Below are positions 1-8,304 of a DNA stretch of 64,000 bases, piece after piece. The notes beneath the pieces are model-generated. The model saw only the letters and a list, made by a program, of their open reading frames with translations, made no database searches and had not been told where the DNA came from. The stretch is from positions 262,574 through 326,573 of the forward strand of contig CAZMLK010000001.1 in assembly GCA_964567265.1 (NCBI GenBank), written 5' to 3'. Positions within the stretch are counted from its first letter, which is position 1, and each line of letters begins with the position of its first letter. The position numbers and the translations under genes were made by a program. The stretch comes from an uncultured Candidatus Saccharibacteria bacterium (lineage in GTDB: Bacteria; Patescibacteriota; Minisyncoccia; Phycocordibacterales; UBA12088).

Positions 1-110
1 GTTTAAATAATAAAAAGAATAATAATCCTTGTGAGAAGCTATCCGCTGTAGAAGAGTGCAGCAAGCATCGGAAATAACGTACTGAATCGAATTGGCTTCT
101 AGGCTTCTCT

Positions 111-599
111 ATGGCAGAAACTAAAAAAAAAGTACAACTCAAGGTCGGAGACGTATTCGAAATACGTTTATCTGATGGCACCTATGCGTATGGTCAGTAC
201 TACGTACAGGATAAAGGGGGTGATGTCGGAAGGTTCTTTTCTTATAGAGGAAAAGAAAAAATTTCACCTGAAGAGGTCGTAAAATATCCATTGTTATTCC
301 CTCCGGTACATGTGGGGATACGTGCATCACTTAATGATGGAGTATGGGTGGTTGTAGGGAATGTACCAATAACAGATTTTGAAGAGCCCATGTTCCGAAG
401 TGAATTTTCTCTTACCCCGGGAAAGTTTGGAAAGTGGTATATCACACAGGGTGATAAGGTTGAAGAGGTGGGGTATGTGCTCCCAGAAAAATATAAAAAA
501 CTCGAACGCAAAGGCGTTTGGCCAGGTGACTGGGTAGATGAGCGTATTGAGAATGGAGGAAAAATACCAGAAAGATTGAAATGGATGGGCCAGTCCTGA
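111..599 (+). CDS. hypothetical protein, possible immunity protein of a displaced polymorphic-toxin cassette
   Basis: 162-aa ORF with ATG at 111 in an AT-rich block upstream of an orphan Rhs toxin tip. No recognisable catalytic motif. The function is inferred from context only. Confidence 0.45.
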   Translation: MAETKKKVQLKVGDVFEIRLSDGTYAYGQYYVQDKGGDVGRFFSYRGKEKISPEEVVKYPLLFPPVHVGIRASLNDGVWVVVGNVPITDFEEPMFRSEFSLTPGKFGKWYITQGDKVEEVGYVLPEKYKKLERKGVWPGDWVDERIENGGKIPERLKWMGQS

Positions 600-626
600 T
601 TGAAAGCAATAAAATAATAGTACAAT

Positions 627-896
627 ATGGAAATGGAATTTTTCTTGTATTTTTCTACAGAATCTAAAGCAGAGCAGGCGAAAAAAGAAATTCTAAAAGT
701 ATATCCGCAAGCTGTGATTGAAATTAGAAATGCTGCAGAAGGGGATCAGATTCTTTGTCTTACACGATTCACCGTCAATGGAGGTGCTCCAAGTGCGCTG
801 GATGAGATTGATGCGCGCCTTGAAAATATTTCACATCAATTTGGCGGTGACTATGACGGTTACGGTACTTCCCTAGAGGCAAATATTTCGGAATAA
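627..896 (+). CDS. hypothetical small protein, possible orphan immunity gene
   Basis: 89-aa ORF ending in TAA at 894-896, directly abutting the start of GC-rich Rhs-derived sequence at 897. Confidence 0.35.
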   Translation: MEMEFFLYFSTESKAEQAKKEILKVYPQAVIEIRNAAEGDQILCLTRFTVNGGAPSALDEIDARLENISHQFGGDYDGYGTSLEANISE

Positions 897-1026
897 ACCC
901 ACCTCCCAGACCAGTCTCTTCAAGGATGCCGTCACCTCCACCCTCGGCGCAGCGAGCTACGTCATCAGCACGACCACCGGCACGTATACCGACACCTACA
1001 CCGGCGGAGCCTTCCGCGACTGGTGC

Positions 1027-2028
1027 ATGGGCGCAGCCGCCTTCAAGCCGGCAAGCACCACTTCAAGTGCCACAACAACCACCCGCTATCTCCACACCGA
1101 CCACCTCGGCGGAACCCACTTCGTCTCTGATGCCACTGGTGCAGTCATCGAAGCCATCGACTACTACCCGTATGGACAGAATAGGGTTGATACCAAAGTA
1201 GGTACCTACACCGGAGAGAAGCGGAAGTACATTGGAGAAGAGTTTGACAGTGCGACGAATCTCTCGTACCTTAACGCGAGGTATTACAACGGGGCACGGG
1301 GGAACTTCCTGAGTGAGGATCCAGTATTCCTCGGCACTGAACAAAATCTTGAGGATCCTCAGGCTCTCAATTCCTATGCGTATGCGAATGGGAATCCGAT
1401 AACCAAAAGTGACCCTACTGGAAAGAGCTGGCAAACCTTTGGGCAAGGTGCCGCAAGTCCCTTTGTTTACGCTTATAATCATCCCTTACAGACAGCTGGA
1501 GTATTTGCATTGACCACTGTGGCAGTACTGGCAGCGCCTGTTACGGTCGCCGTGATAGGTGCTGCTGCTGGAGGTTATGCAATAGGAACAGCTGGCTTCA
1601 GTGCCTACACCGCTCCAAATGCAGATGCAAGAGATTACTATATTGGGCAGGCTCTCACATTCACTGGACTAACTGCTGTTGGAATCAAGGGGAGTTCCTC
1701 AGTAAGTGCTACAAAGTCAACATCACGGCAAACATCAGGCAGCCCAGATTTTATCGTAGATGTAAACGGACAAGTATTTCCTGTTCCCAAGGGGGCAACA
1801 GGACCAGTACCCGTTATAAATAAAGCTGGTAAGGTTACTGGCAGTGCATTTACTGGTGGTTCAGGCGGTGAAAATGGACAAGTCACTACGATGAGAATTA
1901 TGGATCCCAACTCAAGTAATCCGACTGGATATATAAAATACACAAATGCCAATAAACAAGGGGTGAATCCGAATACGGGAAAGACTGGCACACCTGCTGA
2001 GACGCATTACCCAGCAAACACTAAGTAA
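1027..2028 (+). CDS. orphan Rhs/YD-repeat C-terminal fragment with a variable toxin tip (no N-terminal Rhs body in the window)
   Basis: The translation carries the Rhs core C-terminal signature: TGTYTDTYTGGAF, RYLHTDHLGGTHFVSDATGAVIEAIDYYPYGQ, ARYYNGARGNFLSEDP and DPTGK. A hydrophobic stretch and an unrelated C-terminal domain follow. The frame is open from 877 and sequence homologous to Rhs cores starts at about 897. The first in-frame ATG is at 1027. Confidence 0.75.
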   Translation: MGAAAFKPASTTSSATTTTRYLHTDHLGGTHFVSDATGAVIEAIDYYPYGQNRVDTKVGTYTGEKRKYIGEEFDSATNLSYLNARYYNGARGNFLSEDPVFLGTEQNLEDPQALNSYAYANGNPITKSDPTGKSWQTFGQGAASPFVYAYNHPLQTAGVFALTTVAVLAAPVTVAVIGAAAGGYAIGTAGFSAYTAPNADARDYYIGQALTFTGLTAVGIKGSSSVSATKSTSRQTSGSPDFIVDVNGQVFPVPKGATGPVPVINKAGKVTGSAFTGGSGGENGQVTTMRIMDPNSSNPTGYIKYTNANKQGVNPNTGKTGTPAETHYPANTK

Positions 2029-2033
2029 CACTC

Positions 2034-2378
2034 ATGAATACCTTTGAACATGTCCTTAAGGGGAAAAAAGTAGAAGTTATCAACGATAAGCCAGAAAAAT
2101 ACGAAGACGGAACTGTCGGCAATGATTGGGGTCTGGGTTTCGAGGGAGATTGGGGCTTGGCAATCTATGCCAACAGGGTAATAAAAAATGCCGAGTCGCT
2201 GAAAGATTTCGTTGGTGAAAAACTTACTTCAATCCAAGAAACAGAGAATGCAGTTGTTTTCGACTTCACTCATGAAAAAAAAATAATAATTTCTTTGGAA
2301 GAAAAAGATTGGAACGGCCCGGAGATAATGATGCTACAACGAGATAATCAGATATATGTATGGGGTGTCGGTGAATAG
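2034..2378 (+). CDS. putative cognate immunity protein for the Rhs C-terminal toxin
   Basis: 114-aa acidic ORF starting 6 nt after the toxin stop, which is the typical toxin-immunity arrangement. It is AT-rich like the toxin tip. Confidence 0.55.
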   Translation: MNTFEHVLKGKKVEVINDKPEKYEDGTVGNDWGLGFEGDWGLAIYANRVIKNAESLKDFVGEKLTSIQETENAVVFDFTHEKKIIISLEEKDWNGPEIMMLQRDNQIYVWGVGE

Positions 2379-2447
2379 CCGGTAGCTGTAGTCAGAGATA
2401 CCTCCAATACTCTTTAAAAGGCAGGGCTCAATATTCTCCATATAATT

Positions 2448-2639
2448 ATGAAAAAGATACCAATAACGCTTCTGCCGATCGTTCTAATTTTGATCGTTCT
2501 CCTCCTGTTCACTTTCTACGTGCCGCAGAGCGGGGATTTGATTTCTAGTAAAGGTGACTATTACTTGGGGCAAGCGCTCGGCCTCCTAACAGTGCTTTCA
2601 CTCCTCTTGGATTTTATGAGGTTCCAGAATCGCAAGTAG
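2448..2639 (+). CDS. small membrane protein with two predicted TM helices
   Basis: 63-aa ORF with two hydrophobic segments, located in the AT-rich cassette region. Confidence 0.35.
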   Translation: MKKIPITLLPIVLILIVLLLFTFYVPQSGDLISSKGDYYLGQALGLLTVLSLLLDFMRFQNRK

Positions 2640-2683
2640 AAACCAGCTGTAGTCTGTCGCCGGGGACACATCCATTTGAAACT

Positions 2684-2908
2684 ATGAAAGAAGAAATACT
2701 AATGCCGCTTGATGAAGAGGGAATCACCGTCTATCGACCCGTTTTGGCATTAAGGATTAATGATCACATTTATAAAATTCTTGAAGATACCTTAAATAAC
2801 CAAAATGATGAAGTTTGGGCCTTTAAGCCAGGTGAAGTCGTAGAGGTTGTTGAAAAAGAATTCGAGAATAAAAAATCATTGGTTGCCGTAAATTTGTACA
2901 AAGAATAA
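2684..2908 (+). CDS. hypothetical small protein
   Basis: 74-aa ORF in the cassette region with the same orientation as its neighbours. Confidence 0.35.
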   Translation: MKEEILMPLDEEGITVYRPVLALRINDHIYKILEDTLNNQNDEVWAFKPGEVVEVVEKEFENKKSLVAVNLYKE

Positions 2909-2953
2909 TGTATTTAACGCAAAGTCAGTCGTAATTAAACTGAATTCAATTCT

Positions 2954-3214
2954 ATGAACGACGGAAATAAACTTACACCGGATGAAGCATATAAGGCTAT
3001 GTTTTTCTTTCTAGATCGATGGTGGAAAGAAGGAGGACAGAAAGAAGATAACATTGCAAATATACTCAGTAGTATGTCTCTTTTAGCAGATGGTTCTTCT
3101 GCGGACGGCGCTATGATGCAAGACTGGAAAAATAGTGTCAAAAAGGTTCTCGAGTATCGAGGAAGGGTGGAAACGGGGGAAGAACCATGGATGTTGAATT
3201 TGACTAATAATTAG
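2954..3214 (+). CDS. hypothetical small protein, possible orphan immunity gene
   Basis: 86-aa ORF. GGGGACACRTCCA-like junction motifs flank this gene and the previous one. Confidence 0.4.
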   Translation: MNDGNKLTPDEAYKAMFFFLDRWWKEGGQKEDNIANILSSMSLLADGSSADGAMMQDWKNSVKKVLEYRGRVETGEEPWMLNLTNN

Positions 3215-3382
3215 GTCTTAGAATGGTATTGTCTTGTGGCGGCGTAGGGGAGTAGCGGGGGGACACGTCCAATATTCCTCCAAAATCTGTGGAGTACTAT
3301 TCTCCATCTGTCCGGTAGGGGTGGGACCAACACCACTACTTGCTTTTTTCTGGGCTTGCTGCATAATGTCGCTCATTAAATT

Positions 3383-4258
3383 ATGACCGATTTAAAGCAG
3401 CAAATCCACGAGAATACCCTCCGTGCCTACATATGGATGGCCGCATTAACCACCATCATAGGCGTGCTTGGCACGCTGATTTCCTATTCATTTGATTGGG
3501 GACTCACTGGTACTGGCTCGTTTCTCCTTGTAGCCGGTTTCATCAATTTTCTTGCCTATTTCTTTTCAGATAAGCTCGTCCTTCGTGCAACGGGAGCAAA
3601 GCCTGTTTCTCTGGAACAGGCTCCTGAGCTCTACGAGATTGTCGAGCGGTTGTCACAAAAGGCCGGCATTCCTGTACCTAAAATATATCTCATTGACGAG
3701 CGTGCATTGAATGCGTTTGCCACAGGCAGAGACCAGAAGCATAGCGCGGTGGCAGTCTCAAGAGGTCTTCTTGAGCACATGACTGCAGATGAAGTTGAAG
3801 GAGTCGTCGCCCACGAGCTTTCACACATTCGGAATTACGATATGCGATTTGCAGCCATTGTTTCCGTACTTGTTGGCTTTGCGAGCATCGTAGCTGATCT
3901 GTACTGGTCATCTCGCATGGTCAGTGCAGCCCAGGAAAAAGATCGATCCGGCATACTGGCGATCATCGGACTTGTTCTTGCCGTGGCAACACCACTTACG
4001 GCCATGTTTATCCAGTTGGCAATATCGCGAAAGCGCGAATTCATTGCCGATGCTGCAGGAGCGACATTGACTGAGAATCCTAAAGCGTTGGCCTCGGCAT
4101 TAAAGAAGATTGCGCTTGATGTACGTCTCCCGTCGGGGATCAGTCCTGCTACTGCACATATTTATTTTTCCACCCCGAATAAAGACTCATTCATCGAGCG
4201 GCTGTTCGCAACCCATCCTCCAATCGAAGAACGAATCAATATCCTTGAGTCCAAATAA
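3383..4258 (+). CDS. htpX: HtpX-like M48 zinc metalloprotease
   Basis: Two N-terminal TM helices, a HELSH zinc motif (HEXXH) and a C-terminal ATHPPIEERI region typical of HtpX. A CATAAT-like -10 lies upstream near 3364. Confidence 0.9.
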   Translation: MTDLKQQIHENTLRAYIWMAALTTIIGVLGTLISYSFDWGLTGTGSFLLVAGFINFLAYFFSDKLVLRATGAKPVSLEQAPELYEIVERLSQKAGIPVPKIYLIDERALNAFATGRDQKHSAVAVSRGLLEHMTADEVEGVVAHELSHIRNYDMRFAAIVSVLVGFASIVADLYWSSRMVSAAQEKDRSGILAIIGLVLAVATPLTAMFIQLAISRKREFIADAAGATLTENPKALASALKKIALDVRLPSGISPATAHIYFSTPNKDSFIERLFATHPPIEERINILESK

Positions 4259-4284
4259 TCTAGATTAAAAAATTCAATACGAGC

Positions 4285-4905
4285 ATGTCAGATTCAACTA
4301 CAGCAGAAGCGCCAATAAAGATCGGAAATCACACGCAGGATATCGTGAGGTGTGCTAATTGCAACATGGAAGGAGTTGTCGGCGATTTCTTCACCTATCA
4401 GACGAAGGACGGCTCAGATACCTACCTCTGTTCAGACTGCCGCGTCAAAGCAAATGAGACGCTTGAGGCAGAGAAGAATCAAATCAATATGGTGTATGCG
4501 GCCGGGCTCGGTATCGTTGCAGCGATCGCGGGTGGAATCGCGTGGTACTATGTCACCCTGCTCACGAACATGGAATTCGGATATGCAGCGCTCGGACTCG
4601 GATATCTGGTCGGATATGCAGTATTTATCGGTGCTGGGAAGCGACGCGGACAAAAGTTGCAGATCCTGAGTGTGGTATTGACTTTGCTTAGTATTTTCTG
4701 GGCAGAATACTTCATTTTCAGTCACGGACTCTTCGAATACATGAGCGCGAATCCCTCTCAATTTGATTGGTGGGATGGTGCTAAAATTTGGCTAGATCCG
4801 TGGTCTTCTATCTTCCTCGAAACATTTATCTCTCCAATCAGCGCACTTATTTACGCAATCGGCCTCTACGTAGCGTACACTGTGTGCAAGCCTCAAAAAC
4901 TCTAA
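4285..4905 (+). CDS. zinc-ribbon membrane protein (N-terminal CxxC...CxxC followed by about four TM helices)
   Basis: CANCN...CSDC motif followed by hydrophobic helices. Followed by a strong terminator. Confidence 0.6.
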   Translation: MSDSTTAEAPIKIGNHTQDIVRCANCNMEGVVGDFFTYQTKDGSDTYLCSDCRVKANETLEAEKNQINMVYAAGLGIVAAIAGGIAWYYVTLLTNMEFGYAALGLGYLVGYAVFIGAGKRRGQKLQILSVVLTLLSIFWAEYFIFSHGLFEYMSANPSQFDWWDGAKIWLDPWSSIFLETFISPISALIYAIGLYVAYTVCKPQKL

Positions 4906-4914
4906 AATAGACCC

Positions 4915-4943
4915 AAAAAAACCTCCTATAGGAGGTTTTTTTG
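4915..4943 (+). terminator. rho-independent terminator (ACCTCCTATAGGAGGT stem plus T-run)
   Basis: Perfect palindrome flanked by an A-run and a T-run, so it can act in both directions. Confidence 0.7.
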
Positions 4944-5053
4944 TTGGGGTGTGGTGGAAATGGCGCGTACAGAATCCAAAGTAATCCACAGTTCGGGAAT
5001 ATGTTACACTGTACTTTCTACAGTCATTTATACGCATCACGGAAGCCAACAGC

Positions 5054-5572
5054 ATGAACGATCTCTATACATACACGGTCCCCATCTTCACCAAGATGCT
5101 CGGCGGGCTCGACAACGTGCTTACCAAGGCCGAGGCCTACGCGAATGCCGAAGGCATCGACAGCGAAGTCCTCTTCGACGCGAAGCTCGCGCCGGACATG
5201 TATCCGTTCATCCGGCAGGTCCAGATCGCATGCGACAACGCGAAGGGCGCGACCGCCCGGCTTGGCGGCGTCGAGAATCCGAAGTACGAGGACAATGAGC
5301 GGACCTTCAATGATCTCCATGCGCGCATCGCGAAGACGCTCGAGTTCATCAAGTCGGTACCCGAGTCAGCATTCAAGGATGCGGCGACCCGCGAGGTCAC
5401 GCTTCCGTACTTCCCGGGCAAGTACTTCACTGGCTTCGATTATGCCCGCGAATACGCGCTCCCGAACTTCTTCTTCCATACCACCATCGCGTACGGCATT
5501 CTCAGGAGCAAAGGCGTGCCGCTTGGCAAGCCGGATTATATGAACGGACTCTCGCTTAAGAATATCGGCTAA
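5054..5572 (+). CDS. DUF1993 family protein (DinB/YfiT-like fold)
   Basis: 172 aa. LAPDMYPFIRQVQIACD and the length and sequence pattern match DUF1993. Confidence 0.7.
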   Translation: MNDLYTYTVPIFTKMLGGLDNVLTKAEAYANAEGIDSEVLFDAKLAPDMYPFIRQVQIACDNAKGATARLGGVENPKYEDNERTFNDLHARIAKTLEFIKSVPESAFKDAATREVTLPYFPGKYFTGFDYAREYALPNFFFHTTIAYGILRSKGVPLGKPDYMNGLSLKNIG

Positions 5573-5581
5573 CATTCCCGT

Positions 5582-6502
5582 ATGGCGCTTGCCCTCAAGA
5601 TCGAAAATCTCGAAAAGACCTATGCGAGCGGTACCGTCGCGCTCCGCGGCGTGTCCTTGGATGTTCCTGAAGGAGACTTCTATGCGCTCCTGGGGCCGAA
5701 TGGCGCAGGAAAGACCACCATCATCGGTGTCGTCACCGGACTCGTCACGAAGACGGGTGGAACGGTCTCGGTCTTCGGCGCGGATATCGAGAAGGAGCCG
5801 GAGCTCGCGCGCACCTACATCGGCGTCGTGCCGCAGGAGCTCAACTTCAACATCTTCGAGAAGGTGATCGACGTCGTCATCAACCAGGGCGGCTACTATG
5901 GCATCCCGCGGAAGGTCGCGGCTGCGCGCGCAGAGAAGATCCTCGAAGGGCTCGGACTCTATGACAAGCGCTTCGCGGTCTCGAATACGCTCTCGGGCGG
6001 CATGAAGCGACGGCTCCTCATCGCACGGGCGCTCATCCATGAGCCGAAGTTCCTCGTCCTCGATGAGCCGACGGCGGGCGTCGATGTGGAGCTCCGCCGC
6101 GGCATGTGGGAGTACCTGAAGACGCTGACCGCGAAGGGAACGACCATTCTCCTCACCACGCACTATCTTGAGGAAGCGGAGCAGCTCGCGAAGCGCGTCG
6201 CTATCATCAACAAGGGCGAGATCATCGCTGACGGCACCATGAAGGACGTGCTCGCGAACCTGCACACGGAGACCCTGGTCCTCGAGCTCACGAAGCCGAT
6301 CAACGATGAGATGCTGGGAAGCCTCAAGGAATTCAACGCGAAGCGGGCAGACGACGATACGATCGAGATCGAGATCGACCGCGCTCAGAACGTGAGCGAC
6401 GCGGTCCGCGCGCTCGATCGCTTCGGCATCCCGGTCCGCACCGTGCACGGCAAGTCGGGCCGTCTCGAAGAAGTATTCCTCCGCCTCACCAGCAACAAAT
6501 AA
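5582..6502 (+). CDS. ABC transporter ATP-binding protein (ABC-2 / DrrA-like exporter ATPase)
   Basis: Walker A GPNGAGKTT, signature LSGGMKRRL, Walker B LVLDEPTAGVD. Confidence 0.9.
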   Translation: MALALKIENLEKTYASGTVALRGVSLDVPEGDFYALLGPNGAGKTTIIGVVTGLVTKTGGTVSVFGADIEKEPELARTYIGVVPQELNFNIFEKVIDVVINQGGYYGIPRKVAAARAEKILEGLGLYDKRFAVSNTLSGGMKRRLLIARALIHEPKFLVLDEPTAGVDVELRRGMWEYLKTLTAKGTTILLTTHYLEEAEQLAKRVAIINKGEIIADGTMKDVLANLHTETLVLELTKPINDEMLGSLKEFNAKRADDDTIEIEIDRAQNVSDAVRALDRFGIPVRTVHGKSGRLEEVFLRLTSNK

Positions 6503-6503
6503 T

Positions 6504-7280
6504 ATGGACGCTACACGACTCTGGATTTCTTTCTATACCATCATCCGCAAGGACGCGGTGCGCATCTTCCGCATCTGGCCGCAGACCTTCCTGCCGTCGG
6601 CGATCACCTCGGCGCTCTACTTCCTAATCTTCGGATCGTTCCTGGGGTCGAAGATCGGCGACGTCCACGGCGTGCCGTACATCAATTTCGTGATCCCGGG
6701 CCTCGTGATGCTCGCGGTCGTCACCAACGCGTACTCGAACGTCGCAACCATCGTCTTCCAGGCGAAATTCTTCTCGCGGAACATCGACGAGATCCTCGTC
6801 TCGCCGACCCCGCCGTGGGTCATCATCGCGGGATTCATGACGACGGGCGTCGTGCGCGGTATCGGGGTCGGCGTCGTGGTCCTTCTGGTCTCGATGCTGT
6901 TCGCGCATATCACGATCGCGCATTGGAGCATCGTCCTCCTCTTCCTCATCCTCACGAGCGTCGTCTTCTCGCTCGCGGGCCTCGTGAACGGCATCTATGC
7001 GAAGGGCTTCGACGCGATCACCATCGTGCCGACCTTCGTCCTCACGCCGATGGTGTACTTGGGCGGCGTCTTCTACTCGATCGCGACACTGAGCGGCTTC
7101 TGGCAGGCGATCTCTTTGGCGAATCCGATCTTCTACATCATCAACGGCTTCCGCTATGGCTTCCTCGGCTTCTCCGATATTCCGCTCATGACCAGCGTGT
7201 ACGTCCTCTTTGGCATCGGTGCGGTCCTGGTCGCCATCAACTGGTATCTCATCCGGACGGGTCTTGGTTTGAAGCAGTAA
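6504..7280 (+). CDS. ABC-2 family transporter permease
   Basis: 258 aa with six TM helices. Its start overlaps the ATPase stop. Confidence 0.85.
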   Translation: MDATRLWISFYTIIRKDAVRIFRIWPQTFLPSAITSALYFLIFGSFLGSKIGDVHGVPYINFVIPGLVMLAVVTNAYSNVATIVFQAKFFSRNIDEILVSPTPPWVIIAGFMTTGVVRGIGVGVVVLLVSMLFAHITIAHWSIVLLFLILTSVVFSLAGLVNGIYAKGFDAITIVPTFVLTPMVYLGGVFYSIATLSGFWQAISLANPIFYIINGFRYGFLGFSDIPLMTSVYVLFGIGAVLVAINWYLIRTGLGLKQ

Positions 7281-7285
7281 GATCT

Positions 7286-7795
7286 ATGCGGAAAAAAATC
7301 GTCCGGGTTTCTGATACGATGCAGACAGCCTATTCGTACGAACTCACTGAGCCCGCGGGACAGAACTTCGACAAGCGCTTCCGGCCGGAGCTCACTCCGA
7401 AGGAAATGCTCGCGCTCGGTGTCTTCGGTGGCGTGTATATGCGTGACTGCGTGAAGGAATTTCCGAAGGACTGGTTCAAAGATGCAAAGTTCGCCGAAGG
7501 CGCGCGCGATGTCTCACTCAACTATTTCAAAGTGGACGCGAGCCAGCCCCTTTCCGTCTGGAAAGCAAAGGGGTGGATCTATGCGGACGATCCGCGCGGC
7601 TGGTTCCAGTGGTATTGCCGATACTACATGGGCCGAAGGATTCCAGAAGAAGACGAGCGGCAGATCAAGCGCTGGCGGGCGATGGTGCGCCACATCGCGC
7701 AGATCCGGAATGCGTGCCGCCCTGGAGAAATGCACTGCCACCGCAAGCAGCGGCAGGCGCTCCTCCACTGGGCATATGACAGCAGAAAGGTATAA
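7286..7795 (+). CDS. DUF4385-like protein (conserved GWFQWY motif)
   Basis: ATG at 7286 with the frame continuing to 7795. GWFQWYCRYYMGRR is reminiscent of DUF4385. The long upstream extension 6815.. overlaps the permease and was rejected. Confidence 0.55.
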   Translation: MRKKIVRVSDTMQTAYSYELTEPAGQNFDKRFRPELTPKEMLALGVFGGVYMRDCVKEFPKDWFKDAKFAEGARDVSLNYFKVDASQPLSVWKAKGWIYADDPRGWFQWYCRYYMGRRIPEEDERQIKRWRAMVRHIAQIRNACRPGEMHCHRKQRQALLHWAYDSRKV

Positions 7796-7862
7796 TGCTG
7801 ATACTTTTCCGATCTCATCGGAAATATTTCCCCAGAGTGCGTTGTAGTAACTAAAACCTCGT

Positions 7863-8303
7863 ATGCAGATACATGAACTCGGGCACGTCGTGCTTTATGT
7901 TGCCGACCTCAACATCTCAGCTGATTTTTATAAAAATACACTCGGTTTCAACGAGATCACAAGGAAGCCGGGCATGGCGCTGTTTTCTGCCGGTCGGACA
8001 CACCATGAGATGCTCCTTCTCGAGGTCGGCGGCATCCCGCGCGCCAAGGATTTCCCTGAGCCAGGCCTCTATCACATCGGCTTCAAGATCGGCGACGGGC
8101 CGGAGGCGGCGCGGGTAGCATACCGCGAGCTCAAGGAGGCGGGAGTGCCGATCGTCGGCGCATCCGATCATGGGGTGACCCACAGCATCTACATCATGGA
8201 CCCCGATGGCAACGAGCTCGAGCTCTATGCCGATGTCTCGGATGCCTGGAAGACCGACCCCTTGGCAGTCATGGCTCCTGTGCGGCCCCTCAATCTCGAC
8301 TGA
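7863..8303 (+). CDS. VOC family protein (glyoxalase/bleomycin-resistance/dioxygenase fold)
   Basis: LGHVVLYVADL...FY...LGF N-terminal signature and HIGF...DPDGNELEL C-terminal signature. Confidence 0.8.
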   Translation: MQIHELGHVVLYVADLNISADFYKNTLGFNEITRKPGMALFSAGRTHHEMLLLEVGGIPRAKDFPEPGLYHIGFKIGDGPEAARVAYRELKEAGVPIVGASDHGVTHSIYIMDPDGNELELYADVSDAWKTDPLAVMAPVRPLNLD

Positions 8304-8304
8304 T

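Noticed and set aside
926-1201. 91-aa plus-strand ORF in the frame overlapping the Rhs fragment
   Set aside because: Its Pro/Ser/Thr-rich translation is the off-frame reading of the conserved Rhs core region. The Rhs frame (open from 877) gives clear YD-repeat motifs.
5366-6448. 360-aa minus-strand ORF
   Set aside because: It is antisense to a well-supported ABC ATPase gene with clear Walker motifs. The Arg/Asp/Glu-rich low-complexity translation is typical of spurious ORFs in high-GC DNA.
6815-7795. 326-aa plus-strand ORF beginning inside the permease gene
   Set aside because: The 5' two-thirds overlap the ABC-2 permease in another frame and translate to Arg/His-rich nonsense. Only the segment from ATG 7286 looks like a real protein (DUF4385-like).
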